Part shown: positions 27,844 to 38,198 of the stretch, one piece after another | Layout of the letters: every line of letters starts with the position of its first letter | How positions within the stretch are numbered: position 1 is the first letter of the stretch | Assembly: GCA_965603295.1 (NCBI GenBank) | Contig: CBFDCL010000003.1 | Coordinates: forward strand, 1 to 50,893 | From: an uncultured bacterium | GTDB taxonomy: Bacteria > BMS3Abin14 | Reading direction: 5' to 3' | DNA length: 50,893 bases | The notes under the pieces: generated by a model | Told to the model about the DNA's origin: nothing | The model's input: the letters and a program-made list of their open reading frames with translations, nothing else | Database searches by the model: none | Made by a program: the position numbers and the translations under genes

Positions 27844-28110
27844 ATGGCCCATCGCACTCTCCCCATAGCCTACTGCCCTCTTAACGAAGTGGAAGCGTGG
27901 AGCTTTCCTTTTTTCATAAAAAAGGGCCGAGGAGTGGAAGCGGACCAGCTTCTCCTTGAGTTTCACATCTGGCACATGACTGGTGAGGAAAAAGAGGTCA
28001 TGGGGGAACTGATCCAGATCTCGGAAATATCCGACCTGGAGGGACAGGGGTTTCCGAAGGATAACAGGGGTGTTTATATCATCGGGGAAGAATGGACAGA
28101 AGGCTTCTAG
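27844..28110 (+). CDS. Possible small hypothetical protein
   Basis: 88-aa ORF whose acidic second half looks coding; no recognised motif and no clear RBS. Confidence 0.25.
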   Translation: MAHRTLPIAYCPLNEVEAWSFPFFIKKGRGVEADQLLLEFHIWHMTGEEKEVMGELIQISEISDLEGQGFPKDNRGVYIIGEEWTEGF

Positions 28111-28328
28111 TCCCGGTCACCCGGAAGCCAGCTTTCCTTCCTAAAGAATCCACCGATCTTTCAAGTTAAGATTTGCCCTTGGGTAAAGATGCGCACCCTT
28201 CTTCCACAACACTTCGGGGTTGCCCAAAATACCGTAAATGTGGAAAAATATTTAAAAGTGTTTTTCAATTCCTCTACCGTTTAATTCTCAAAACTTTTAA
28301 TTGCAGGACTTTTTTGCGGGAGATTCTC

Positions 28329-29219
28329 ATGACTACCTCCAAAGCGCTCAAAACCCACTATGAACTGACGGAGGCCGAGCAGAAGATCCTCGGCGGCTTG
28401 AACCCCTTGATGACACAACACCGGGAACGTTTCGCGCAGGATTTTTACGATTACATCCTGTCCCATGAGGACATGGCCGTTTATTTCCAGGAACAGGCGA
28501 AACTCGATAAACACAAGCTGCTCATCGCAGCCTGGTTTATGAGACTCTTCAGTCCCACTTTCGACGAAGCCTATATTCGCGATCTGCATCGCATCGGTAA
28601 GATCCATGTCGAGATCAGCCTGGACGGCCATTTCGTCAACGCGGCGATGGCAAGGGTACGTAGCTTCATCACCGATGTAATCATGGCCAATATCGACCCG
28701 GATGAACGGGAAGAAACCCTGCATGCCATTAACAAGATCCTGGACATCAATCTTGACATTATCACCAGTTCCTACCGTCAGGCGGAACTGAAAAAATATT
28801 TCATCTCCGCCCGGGCTGAATCGGCCCTGGTCAGTTTCATGGAACGGTTTACCTACGGCCTGAACCTTGTCCTCGCCCTTGCTCTTGTGGTCGTATCCAT
28901 TGGCGTTGTCAGCCTGTTCGTCCACGATGTTCTGAACGTCTTCCGCAGCACCAGACTCGAAACCAGTGTCGTTGCCGCTTTAGGCTCCCTGCTGATTATC
29001 TGGATGATGATCGAGCTCCTCGGAACCGAGATACATCATCTGAAAGGACGCAAGATCCCCATCAAGGTCTTTATCGGGATTGTCCTCATCGCCTTTATCC
29101 GAAAAGTCCTCATCGGGTCCCTCGAGCACGGGGACATCACCGAGTACGGGACCAAGATCCTGACCCTCTTCGTCCTCGCCCTGGTTTACTGGCTGATCTC
29201 GAGAGCCGACAGGGCGTGA
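28329..29219 (+). CDS. Globin-coupled sensor: protoglobin domain plus PsiE-like 4-TM domain
   Basis: FAQDFYDYI, L.RIGKIHVEISL, KILDINLDI globin motifs; C-terminal LIAFIRKVLI TM segment; ATG after GGGAG. Confidence 0.88.
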   Translation: MTTSKALKTHYELTEAEQKILGGLNPLMTQHRERFAQDFYDYILSHEDMAVYFQEQAKLDKHKLLIAAWFMRLFSPTFDEAYIRDLHRIGKIHVEISLDGHFVNAAMARVRSFITDVIMANIDPDEREETLHAINKILDINLDIITSSYRQAELKKYFISARAESALVSFMERFTYGLNLVLALALVVVSIGVVSLFVHDVLNVFRSTRLETSVVAALGSLLIIWMMIELLGTEIHHLKGRKIPIKVFIGIVLIAFIRKVLIGSLEHGDITEYGTKILTLFVLALVYWLISRADRA

Positions 29220-29806
29220 ACGGCTCCCCCCCCGTTGCCGAGGATGTTGCCGGGGCGATCCTCGTTGGAGGCCGGAGCAGCCGGTTCGGACGGGATAAAG
29301 TCCTTCTACCCTTTGGGAACAAACCCCTTTTCGCCCACATCTATGACATCCTGGCACCCCTGGTCGGTGAGGTCTTCATTGTGGGCCATCACCGACCGGA
29401 GTTCGAAATCTTCGGGCTGCGCGTCGTCGGGGACCTGGTCCCCGACGCGGGGCCCCTGGGAGGGATTTATACCGCCCTGAAATCCACGAAGGCACCCTTC
29501 GTTCTCGCCATAGGGGCCGACATGCCCTTTCTGACCACCTCTTTCCTTGGAAAAATCCTTCAATCCGCCGGGAACGCAGACGCGGTCATCCCGAGGGGAT
29601 CCCGGGGTCTCGAACCCCTTTCCGCCGTTTATTCGGGAACATGCATCGAGCCGATGCGCGCGAGTCTTGCAAGGGGCAACCGCAGGATCGTCCGGGCCCT
29701 GGAAGGAATGAATCTCCTCACCCCCGAAATCGCCCTCACGGTGGGGGGAAAAGACCCCTTTTTCAACATCAACTTCCCGGAGGATTACGAGGGAATGGAA
29801 AAGTAA
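29216..29806 (+). CDS. mobA: Molybdenum cofactor guanylyltransferase
   Basis: ILVGGRSSRFGRDK, GPLGGI, DMPF, EPL.AVY, FFNINFPED. Confidence 0.93.
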   Translation: MNGSPPVAEDVAGAILVGGRSSRFGRDKVLLPFGNKPLFAHIYDILAPLVGEVFIVGHHRPEFEIFGLRVVGDLVPDAGPLGGIYTALKSTKAPFVLAIGADMPFLTTSFLGKILQSAGNADAVIPRGSRGLEPLSAVYSGTCIEPMRASLARGNRRIVRALEGMNLLTPEIALTVGGKDPFFNINFPEDYEGMEK

Positions 29807-30122
29807 GAGTGTGCAGTGTGAAGTTTGCAGTTTGATGTTTGACGTTTGATGTTGCGGGCTGCCGCCTTACGACAAAAGAGCCTTAGGATCACGGATTTCA
29901 ACTTCAAACCCCAAACCTCAAACTTCAAACCGTTAACTTCCCATCGTTATTCCCCTTTAAATTTCTGTGGTTTTTGGTTATTATTCTTGACTATAACCCT
30001 AACTTTATATTAATGGGGTTATTACAGCCAGCCGGAGTCCATCAGAACCGGCCGGCTTTTTCACTTTTCGGACAGGCATTTAAGGCTGCACCAGAATTCC
30101 TTTTCACCTCCGGGAGGGTTCG

Positions 30123-31055
30123 ATGGGAAAGATCTTTAACAGCATCACCGAACTCGTTGGCAAAACCCCACTGCTTCGCTTAAACAGGATCACGGATCAG
30201 GAGGGGGGCACTATCCTTCTCAAGATGGAATCCTTTAACCCCCTGTCCAGCGTCAAGGACCGCATCGGCCTGAATATGATCGACGACGCCCAGCAGAAGG
30301 GGCTAATTTCCGGGAACACCGTTATTGTCGAACCCACCTCGGGAAACACGGGCATTGCCCTCGCTTTTGTGGCGGCCAGCCGGGGATATCGCCTTATCCT
30401 CACCATGCCCGAAACCATGAGCGTCGAAAGGCAGAAACTCCTGCGGGCCCTGGGCGCCGAGATCGTCCTGACACCCGGTGTCGAGGGGATGAGGGGCGCT
30501 ATCGTCAAGGCACAGGAGATCACCAGAAACACCCCCCATGCCTTCATGCCGCAGCAGTTCGAGAACCCGGCCAACCCGGAGGCCCACCGGCGAACCACGG
30601 CGGAGGAGATCTGGGACGACACGGACGGGCAGGTGGACATCCTCGTTGCCGGGGTCGGGACAGGAGGAAGCCTCACGGGGATCGGGGAGGTCCTGAAGGA
30701 GAGAAAACCGGGGTTTTCGGTCATCGCCGTGGAACCTGCGGACAGCCCTGTTCTTTCAGGCGGCAGCCCCGGGGCTCATGCTATCCAGGGGATCGGCGCC
30801 GGCTTTATCCCGCCTGTTCTCAACACCGGGATCATCGACGAGATCATCAAGGTCAGGGCAGAAGAAGCCTTTGGGACCTGCCGGCTCCTCGCCACAAAGG
30901 AAGGTGTCCTCGCCGGCATCTCCGCCGGTGCCAACGTCTGGGCCGCTCTTCAGGTGGCCGTGCGCCCGGAAAACCTCGATAAGACCATCGTCACCATCAT
31001 GTGTGACACCGGCGAACGCTACCTCTCGACGCGGTTGTTCGATACGGAAAATTGA
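30123..31055 (+). CDS. cysK: Cysteine synthase A
   Basis: [41 protein letters not shown]. Confidence 0.96.
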   Translation: MGKIFNSITELVGKTPLLRLNRITDQEGGTILLKMESFNPLSSVKDRIGLNMIDDAQQKGLISGNTVIVEPTSGNTGIALAFVAASRGYRLILTMPETMSVERQKLLRALGAEIVLTPGVEGMRGAIVKAQEITRNTPHAFMPQQFENPANPEAHRRTTAEEIWDDTDGQVDILVAGVGTGGSLTGIGEVLKERKPGFSVIAVEPADSPVLSGGSPGAHAIQGIGAGFIPPVLNTGIIDEIIKVRAEEAFGTCRLLATKEGVLAGISAGANVWAALQVAVRPENLDKTIVTIMCDTGERYLSTRLFDTEN

Positions 31056-31278
31056 GAATTGAGGATTGAGGATTGAGAAAAAAGTTTGAAGTAGAATGAT
31101 CGCGCGGTCATCGCGCTTGTCACGTCGTAATTCGAAGAACGAAGATGGAAGCCATTTCCCGGGCGACTTGTGCCCCGTGGCTTTTTGCGAAGAGGGATGA
31201 ATTCTGAACCAGACTCCTACGTATAACGTTAAACATTTAATGTTAAACGCTTAACGTGTGCAAAGGTCCACCCAATCC

Positions 31279-32073
31279 ATGAAAAACTCTGCAGCACGAA
31301 ACTTTTTCGCCGTGTTTCTTCTCCTTGCCTTTTCAGGATGCCAGCCTGCGGGAGAACCTGTGGGACCACCTGTCCGCCTTGGTGAAGAGGTCAAGAATCT
31401 GGTGTCAGAATCCCTGGCCGGCCTCAAGGATCCCGTTACCCTCCACCTCTACGAAGGGGGGGGCGGGGAAACCGCCCAACGGGAAACCAGGGCCCTTCTT
31501 GAATTTGTGGCCGAAGCATCTCCCCAGGTCAGTCTTTCTTTTCACTCCCTGGAAGAGGGCCCTTCCGCGGCGGATTTCCGCTCATCCCTGGGTGTTTCCC
31601 ACGGACCGGTTGTCGCAATAGAGGGAACAGCGGACCGGGGGCCTTTTCTTTTTTACGGTTTCCCGGAACGCAAGGAACTCAAGCCCTTCCTGGACGGTGT
31701 CGTCATTGCGTCCGGCGTGACGGCAACCCTCCCGGCCGAAGTGGAGATTTTCCTCGCCGCCCTTCAAAGGGAGACCGTGATAAGGATCTTTACAGCACCG
31801 GACTGAAATTTCTGCCCCGAGCCGGTCCGGCTCGCCTATGCCTTTGCCTCCCGGAGCGACAAGGTGACTCCGCTTATCTTTGCGAGCCACCAATATTCGA
31901 AAGAAAGCCGGGATTTCGGGGTGGTGGCTGTTCCCAAGATCTGGGTCAACGACAAGATATTCATCGATGGAGCGGCCCCCACAAGGGAAATGATGAGCCT
32001 CACCCTGGCCGCCATGATCCGGCAGGCCCTGGACGAATCGGTTCCTAAAGGGAAATTCCGCGTCACGGAATAA
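31279..32073 (+). CDS. Selenoprotein: PDO/AhpF-N-like two-domain thioredoxin-fold lipoprotein with UxxC (UGA at 31804-31806 read as Sec)
   Basis: ORFs 31258-31806 and 31864-32073 are in the same frame and separated only by TGA, giving FTAPD-U-NFCPEPV...VAVPK. SECIS-like hairpin 11 nt downstream; lipobox FSGC. Confidence 0.85.
31818..31834 (+). promoter_or_regulatory. Bacterial SECIS-like hairpin
   Basis: CGAGCC-GGTCC-GGCTCG beginning 11 nt after the UGA, with a GGUC apical loop as in the E. coli fdhF SECIS. Confidence 0.8.
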
Positions 32074-32238
32074 GAATTCGAGGTTTGAAAGTTTGAGAGT
32101 TTGAGGGTTCGGAGTGAAAACCAGGTCGAACGTCAAATGTCTAAAGTGTTTTCCTTTGGGCGCTGGTCCTTGGACTTTGGGTTGTTATTCCAATCACTAA
32201 TCACTAATCACTTTTCACTGATCACTAATCACGGATCA

Positions 32239-33099
32239 CTAGTCATTTCTCACCAGCATTCTCTTCAGTTCCCCGGGGATTTCAATCTCCGGTCTCGCTC
32301 CCCTTTCCATGATCACCGCAGCAGCGAGTTCGTTTCCCATTGAGCCGCATTCGGCAACCTTTTTCCCCAGGTACAACCCGGCGAGAAAAGCCGCGGCAAA
32401 GGCATCCCCGCCCCCGGTCCGGTCCAACGGGTCCAGTTCGGGAGCGGTCACGTCCTGGACCTTTATCCCGTGCGAAACCACACATCCACCGCGAGGCAGG
32501 GTGATGGCAGCCAAAGGGGAATCCAGAGCCCTGATGCTTTCCCTCGGTTCGCTCATCCCAGTGAGATTCTTCGCCTCATCGGCGTTCAGGATGAATCCGT
32601 GGGCCATCCGGGCCATGTTGTCATCCCCAGCCCCGTGCCATCCGCAAATCACCGGGATTCCCCTTGAGAAAGCCTTCGCGGCATACCCGGCCCGCAACTT
32701 TTCGTGGGAACCAGAAAGGTATACCAGGCGGCACTCGTCCAGGAGCTCTGGATGGATATTTCCCTGGCGGTTGGCCCCCGGCGAGCGGATCATCCTTTTT
32801 TCACGGCCAAGGGAGAGGATCACCGCCAGACCGGATTCCCCCTTCACCCGGTCCACACCGGTGACAAGAACCCCCGCCGCCGCCAGGGAGGCAAGGTGCG
32901 CTTCCCCGAGCAGGTCGCTGCCCACCGCTCCGGCCAAAACCACTTGTACGCCCAGCCTCGCAAGCCACCAGGCTGTGTTGGCGCCGGAGCCCCCGAACCG
33001 GGCTTTGGCTTCGGTGCACTCCAGTTTCTCATGGGATTCAGGAAGTTTCTTCAGGGGAAACAGAATGTCGTAGTTTATGTTGCCGACGACTAGGATCAC
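32239..33099 (-). CDS. PfkB-family carbohydrate/nucleoside kinase
   Basis: FGGSGANTA..LARLG, GAVGSD..G, DRTGGGDAFAAAF. Confidence 0.92.
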   Translation of the reverse strand: MILVVGNINYDILFPLKKLPESHEKLECTEAKARFGGSGANTAWWLARLGVQVVLAGAVGSDLLGEAHLASLAAAGVLVTGVDRVKGESGLAVILSLGREKRMIRSPGANRQGNIHPELLDECRLVYLSGSHEKLRAGYAAKAFSRGIPVICGWHGAGDDNMARMAHGFILNADEAKNLTGMSEPRESIRALDSPLAAITLPRGGCVVSHGIKVQDVTAPELDPLDRTGGGDAFAAAFLAGLYLGKKVAECGSMGNELAAAVIMERGARPEIEIPGELKRMLVRND

Positions 33100-33309
33100 G
33101 GAGACCGTCCAATGTCAAACGTCCAACGTCCAACGTTTAATGTTTAATGTTTAACAAAATCTAAGCGACGCCCTAAATCTATTACCCTTTTCATTTTTTT
33201 CCGCACCTACCACATTTCTTGGTAAAAAAGATCTGACTATTCAAAGGAGGGTCTAACCTGCATTCACGTTAAACGTTGGAGGTTTGATATTGGACGTTGG
33301 ACCTTTTTT

Positions 33310-34053
33310 TCATCTAGCAACGACGAAGGCGCTACCAAACTCTCCAGCCCCCAGGAGCTTGTCCCTGAACCGTTCAGCTTCCTCTCGCGTCTGAAATCGC
33401 CCGACACGCACCCGGAAGAAAACTTCATCCCCCCGATCGAAAAGGGTGATGTCCGCGGCCCCGTAGGTTTGCTTCGATTCGGCGGCCAGCCTCTGGGCGT
33501 TTTCCTTGACGGTGAACGCCCCTACCTGGATGGAAAAAGAACCGCTGCTGTAATCCGACCGAGGCCTGAGGGTCACCCCGGATCTTCCGCGGAACACCTC
33601 CTCGCCGAGGGCCGTCACGGTCACTCTGGCCACCCCCTCATCGAGCATGTCGAGCTGCCGGGCTCCCGCTTTGGAGAGATCCAGGACCCTGTTGTCCACA
33701 AAAGGTCCCCGGTCATTGACTTTCACCACCACTGAATCGCCGCGCCCATCGGTCCTTTTCACCTTGACATAAGTTCCCAGGGGGAGAGTCCGGTGGGCCG
33801 CCGTGAACTTCTCCATGTCGTAAACTTCACCGCTGGCTGTTTTGCGTCCGTGGAACTTTTTTCCGTACCAGGAGGCCATGCCGGTTTCCACATACCCCTT
33901 CGAAGTGCCCTTGACCCGGTAGGTCTGACCTCCCATCACGTATTCCTGCTTCGTTTCGGGCGAAACAGGGGGCACGGAGGGGGACGGAACTGTCGCACAA
34001 CCGACAAACAAAACCAGCAAGGATGCCATCAATAAGTGTTTTACGTTTCTCAT
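33310..34053 (-). CDS. rlpA: Septal ring lytic transglycosylase lipoprotein RlpA (DPBB + SPOR)
   Basis: Lipobox FVGC; GMASWYG..FHGRKTASGE, TAAHRTLP, VNDRGPF; IQVGAF SPOR motif. Confidence 0.95.
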   Translation of the reverse strand: MRNVKHLLMASLLVLFVGCATVPSPSVPPVSPETKQEYVMGGQTYRVKGTSKGYVETGMASWYGKKFHGRKTASGEVYDMEKFTAAHRTLPLGTYVKVKRTDGRGDSVVVKVNDRGPFVDNRVLDLSKAGARQLDMLDEGVARVTVTALGEEVFRGRSGVTLRPRSDYSSGSFSIQVGAFTVKENAQRLAAESKQTYGAADITLFDRGDEVFFRVRVGRFQTREEAERFRDKLLGAGEFGSAFVVAR

Positions 34054-34297
34054 TCTGTCATCTTCCGGGTTTCACGGAAAACTCTCGCTTTCCCACGTCT
34101 GTTCAGAAAAACCAAGGACTATTCAAGATTCAAAAAAGATCCAGTAACCTGTGACTGGTAAATTGGAAAAACCTAAAAACCAGAACTCGGCGGACTAAAC
34201 CAATCGGTAATCACCGATTACCAATCACGGATTTCCCCCGTGTCGCCGTGTCGTCGCATCTCCGCCTCGCCGCGCCAAACCTCCGGCACCTGGTACG

Positions 34298-34915
34298 TTA
34301 TTCTACAACCGTTACCTTCTCCATCACCACAGATTCCAAAGGAACGTCCCCGAAACCTTTGACGGTTCCCGTTTCAACCCCACCGATAGCCTTGACCACA
34401 TCCATACCTTCGACCACTTTGCCAAAGACCGCGTACCCGAAACCGGACGGCGACTTGTCCTTGTGATCCAGGAACCCGTTGTCCACCAGGTTGATGAAGA
34501 ACTGGGACGTGGCGCTGTTGACAACGGACGTGCGCGCCATGGCAAGGGTTCCCGCCAGGTTCCTCAACCCGTTGGAAGCCTCGTTTTCTATGGCCGGCTT
34601 CCCATCCTTCATCCCCATGTCGGAGGTGAATCCGCCGCCCTGGATCATGAAACCGTCGATTACCCGATGGAAGATGGTTCCATCGTAGAACCCCTCTTTG
34701 GCGTAAGCCAGAAAATTTTGGACCGTAACGGGCGCGTTCTCGCCATCGAGTTCGGCCACAATGACTCCTTTTGAAGTTTCGATCCTCACGGTGGTCATCT
34801 TTCCTCCCTTCGCTTCCTTCACGTTTTGAACATCCCCGGCTCGGGAATACTCCGGGGAGAAGAGCATTGCCAGGGCTGCCATTACCGATAGTACAAAAAT
34901 AAAAAACCTTTTCAT
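34298..34915 (-). CDS. ppiA: Cyclophilin-type peptidyl-prolyl isomerase, exported
   Basis: [43 protein letters not shown]; signal peptide. Confidence 0.92.
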   Translation of the reverse strand: MKRFFIFVLSVMAALAMLFSPEYSRAGDVQNVKEAKGGKMTTVRIETSKGVIVAELDGENAPVTVQNFLAYAKEGFYDGTIFHRVIDGFMIQGGGFTSDMGMKDGKPAIENEASNGLRNLAGTLAMARTSVVNSATSQFFINLVDNGFLDHKDKSPSGFGYAVFGKVVEGMDVVKAIGGVETGTVKGFGDVPLESVVMEKVTVVE

Positions 34916-35040
34916 AGATCGTTACCTCCACACAAAGTCAGGGTGTTCGCAGGTTTGGGAATCTGGATCGGCTGTAAAAAACGGTTTTCTTGATCCAATC
35001 TACTCGAAACGTTCCCATTTTTCTATCTGGCCCTCACCCC

Positions 35041-36012
35041 TTAACCCTTTTTCTTCTTTATTTTCACCTTGGCCTTTACCAACCCGTAGATCACACGGTT
35101 AACGGGGACAGGGATAGCGTACTTTTCCGCCCTTCTGATCACTTCTCCGGTTATCCCCTCGATCTCCGTCTCGCGTCCTTTCTCCATATCCTGGAGCATG
35201 GAACTGTGATGGGAACGGGTCGCCGGGAGGAGCCGACCGAAAAAATGGACCAGGTATTCCTTCTCATCTTCCCATTGGAGGTCCGTTTCCCGGCAAGCTA
35301 CCTGGAAAGCTTCACAAATGGAATCCTCAAGGAGGGACCGGGCGTTCTCCTCGTTTCCCAACTCTCCATAAGGAACCTCCAGCAGGGAGGAAAGGGGATT
35401 CAACCCCACGTTATAGAGCACTTTTCCCCACAAAGCGGAATCAATGTTATCCGTGAAACGGGTCGTTATCCCACACCGGGTCAGAACATTCGCCAACTCC
35501 TCCCCGGCCGCGATACCGGCATCGGTGGAAGGGCCGCCAATGAGCACGCTGTCCGCCCAGACCGAGACGAACACCGTGCCCGGTTCCCTGGATTCCACAC
35601 CGAAGATGACCCTCCCGCCGAAGCTGACATGCCGGTCGAAGACCTCACGGATCTTTTCCAGGTTTCCAAGACCGTTCTGCATGGACACTACGAGGGTATC
35701 ACTGCCCATCAGGCCGGAAGAGGCAAGATCCCGAACGGCCGCTGCCGTGACGTTGGACTTGACACAGATAAGTACCGCGGAAACAGGGGGGTCGCCGGGC
35801 ACCTCCTCCAGAGAAGTCCATATTCCTTCGGGCCGGACCACGTGATCCCCGAGAAGCCCCTCGATGTGAAGACCATTTTCCCTGACGGCCTCCATATGCG
35901 CCGGCCGGCCCACCAGGTCCACCCGGTGCCCGCCGTGGGCCAGCATCCCCCCGAAAACACTGCCAATGGCGCCGGCGCCGTAGATGATGAAACGTTTAGA
36001 TCTCTCTGTCAT
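35041..36012 (-). CDS. panE: 2-dehydropantoate 2-reductase
   Basis: GAGAIG, CVKS, QNGLGN, WGKVLYN, SSMLQD..GRETEI. Confidence 0.92.
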   Translation of the reverse strand: MTERSKRFIIYGAGAIGSVFGGMLAHGGHRVDLVGRPAHMEAVRENGLHIEGLLGDHVVRPEGIWTSLEEVPGDPPVSAVLICVKSNVTAAAVRDLASSGLMGSDTLVVSMQNGLGNLEKIREVFDRHVSFGGRVIFGVESREPGTVFVSVWADSVLIGGPSTDAGIAAGEELANVLTRCGITTRFTDNIDSALWGKVLYNVGLNPLSSLLEVPYGELGNEENARSLLEDSICEAFQVACRETDLQWEDEKEYLVHFFGRLLPATRSHHSSMLQDMEKGRETEIEGITGEVIRRAEKYAIPVPVNRVIYGLVKAKVKIKKKKG

Positions 36013-36160
36013 AATAAATTCACTCTCTCATAGTCGTTTCATCATCTCGCGACACGAAGACACGGGGATGGGGAGACACGGAGAATGATCTTGATTCCGT
36101 ATTCCCGAATTTTCTTATCCTTGTTTTTCCCGGCGTCTCCGGGTCTCCGCATCAAACATT

Positions 36161-36448
36161 TTACTTCTTGGTCAGCTTCTTCCACAGATCCTCCGCCGCA
36201 TCTTTTGTTCCGGCTGGATCTTTCTCATCCGCGGAATTGGCTTCAATTCCGTGGTACCATTCGCAGAAATTCCGGGCCTGTGGATCGCCGGTTTTTTCGG
36301 CGGCCGGTTCCGTACAGTGGCCCCCGGACCAGAAACGGCAGTGAACGCAGGAATGCAGCCAGGCATCGCAGGAGGGGCACGTTTCCCGAAATCCAACCTT
36401 TTCAACAATATCGATCCTGGTTCCACAGTTGAAGCAGGAGATTTTCAT
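36161..36448 (-). CDS. Small Cys-rich putative zinc-binding protein
   Basis: CxxC..., CPSCDAWLHSCVHCRFW, C.EP.AE, NFCEWY; overlaps the trmH stop (ATGA). Confidence 0.75.
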   Translation of the reverse strand: MKISCFNCGTRIDIVEKVGFRETCPSCDAWLHSCVHCRFWSGGHCTEPAAEKTGDPQARNFCEWYHGIEANSADEKDPAGTKDAAEDLWKKLTKK

Positions 36449-37092
36449 TTTCGTGCCTCCAGCTCCGCCAGAACAAGTTCAACGTTCCGCACCGAATTCC
36501 TGACCCACAGATCCAGGATCTTCTCCACTTTTTCACCGGAGATCCTTTCGATATCCCCCTCCCGGTCTTTCTTTCGCAGAACGCGATAGAGGATGATTCC
36601 AGCCGCCACCGAAACGTTTAAACTCTGGGAAAAACCAGCCATGGGAACAGCCACGAAACCGTCCACCTGTTTCAGAACCTCATCACTGGCCCCTTCCAGT
36701 TCATTGGAAAAGACCAGAGCCATTTTCCCCGTGCAATCCAGCTGTTCCAGAGGAACAGCTTTCTCAGCAAGGGCTCCCGCAAGAATGCGAAACCCCTCTT
36801 CCCTTAGCATTGAAAAACAGGAACTCACTGTCGGGTGACGCCTGATCGTTAGCCAGCGGTGACATCCCTGCGTCACGGTCCGGAAAACCTTCCCCTCCCC
36901 CGGCTGGGGGACCACATGGACCTCCTGAATCCCGAAAGATTCGCAGGTTCTCAGGATGGCACTTAAATTGTGGACCTTGTGGAGATTCTCAAAGACAACC
37001 GTCACGTTGGCGACACGTTTTCCGAGAACTTCCCGGAGGCGGTCCAGACGATCGGGGGTGAGTAAGGATTCGAGCTGTTTGCGATCACTCAT
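36445..37092 (-). CDS. trmH: tRNA (guanosine-2'-O)-methyltransferase, SpoU/TrmH family
   Basis: HNLSAILRTCESFG, LVFSNELEG, PMAGFSQSLNVSVA. Confidence 0.88.
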   Translation of the reverse strand: MSDRKQLESLLTPDRLDRLREVLGKRVANVTVVFENLHKVHNLSAILRTCESFGIQEVHVVPQPGEGKVFRTVTQGCHRWLTIRRHPTVSSCFSMLREEGFRILAGALAEKAVPLEQLDCTGKMALVFSNELEGASDEVLKQVDGFVAVPMAGFSQSLNVSVAAGIILYRVLRKKDREGDIERISGEKVEKILDLWVRNSVRNVELVLAELEARK

Positions 37093-37291
37093 GGCAAATT
37101 TCAAATTCAAGATTCAAGAAAACTATTTCAAATTTCATAAAGAACCCGGATTCGAGGAAAGAGGCGAAAGGCGTATTTCCTTCTGGCTTCTTGATTCCGA
37201 ACCCGCAGCTCTCAAACTTTCAAACTTCAAACTCTCAAACATCGGGCCGCCACCAACCACCGTTTCTGATTCTCAATCCTCAATTTTCTCT

Positions 37292-38155
37292 TCACCATTT
37301 CATTACCACCATATCCCCCACTTCCCCGCCGATCTGCCGGGCTGCCAGGGAACATTTGATCACAAAGAGCATAAAGATCCGTCCTTCGCGGGGCAATTCG
37401 CTGAGGGTTTCGAAATTCCCCTGCCCCTTGGAAATAATCAGGTCGGCCTCCAGGAAAAGTTGTTGAAACTCCCGGGAACATTCGCCGGGAATGGTGCCCG
37501 GAATGGTTGTGCCCGTGCTCACCACCTCGGCATGGAGCCCTATACCCGCCAGGACCGCGTCCTGGATCGTGGCATCGTTGATGATGGCTCCCCCCCTGGC
37601 CGCATAGACCAATCTGTCCTTTTTCAACATGGACAGAAGGGGACGGTCAAGGACCGTTTCACCGGCATTGTCACCGATAAACAGGATCGTACCGGCGGCT
37701 GCTCCAGCCTGGCGCAAAGGCCGCATGTCGTTGATAAAGATCTCCTGGTCGAGATATTTCCGGACGGCGTCGTCGATATCGATCCCGCTGTCAGCACTTC
37801 TCCCCGTCCCGAAATCGATGACGTTCCCGGCAATGGAGATCCGAACTGCCGCTTCGAAAGGATCGGGGGCATTTTCCACCATGGACATGACGGTTGGAAG
37901 CAGCTTGAGCGCCTCCCTGGTGTACTGGATTTTCCTGGGAAGCCAGGGATCGGAGGATTGACACATGGTGCCGGTCATCCGGTAAAGGGGAGCGCTTATC
38001 TCCGGGGGGCTTAGCTGCGTGTCCCAGATCTCCCCAAGCTTCTTTTCCGCTTCCCGGACGACCTCTTGAACGGATATCTCATCCAGCCCAGTTATGCGGG
38101 CGGTGGATTCCATCTGCCGGATCAGGCAGGGTCTGCAGTCCTCCTGGATCTTCAT
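37292..38155 (-). CDS. DUF89/ARMT1-like damage-control phosphatase
   Basis: CRPC, AGNVIDFG, DNAGE, IINDAT, ISKGQGNFETL, KC. Confidence 0.92.
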   Translation of the reverse strand: MKIQEDCRPCLIRQMESTARITGLDEISVQEVVREAEKKLGEIWDTQLSPPEISAPLYRMTGTMCQSSDPWLPRKIQYTREALKLLPTVMSMVENAPDPFEAAVRISIAGNVIDFGTGRSADSGIDIDDAVRKYLDQEIFINDMRPLRQAGAAAGTILFIGDNAGETVLDRPLLSMLKKDRLVYAARGGAIINDATIQDAVLAGIGLHAEVVSTGTTIPGTIPGECSREFQQLFLEADLIISKGQGNFETLSELPREGRIFMLFVIKCSLAARQIGGEVGDMVVMKW

Positions 38156-38198
38156 GACCGCGTGATTGTAATGGGGAGCCGTGCTTATGTCCAACAAT

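Noticed and set aside
31053-31090. Sec read-through at the cysK UGA and other UGA stops
   Set aside because: Those proteins are already complete, and cysK's UGA is followed by repeat sequence rather than a SECIS-like hairpin. Not every UGA was examined in detail.
31258-32073. Pseudogene or two separate genes
   Set aside because: The halves are in frame, the UGA sits at the catalytic Cys position and a SECIS-like hairpin follows, so Sec read-through fits better.
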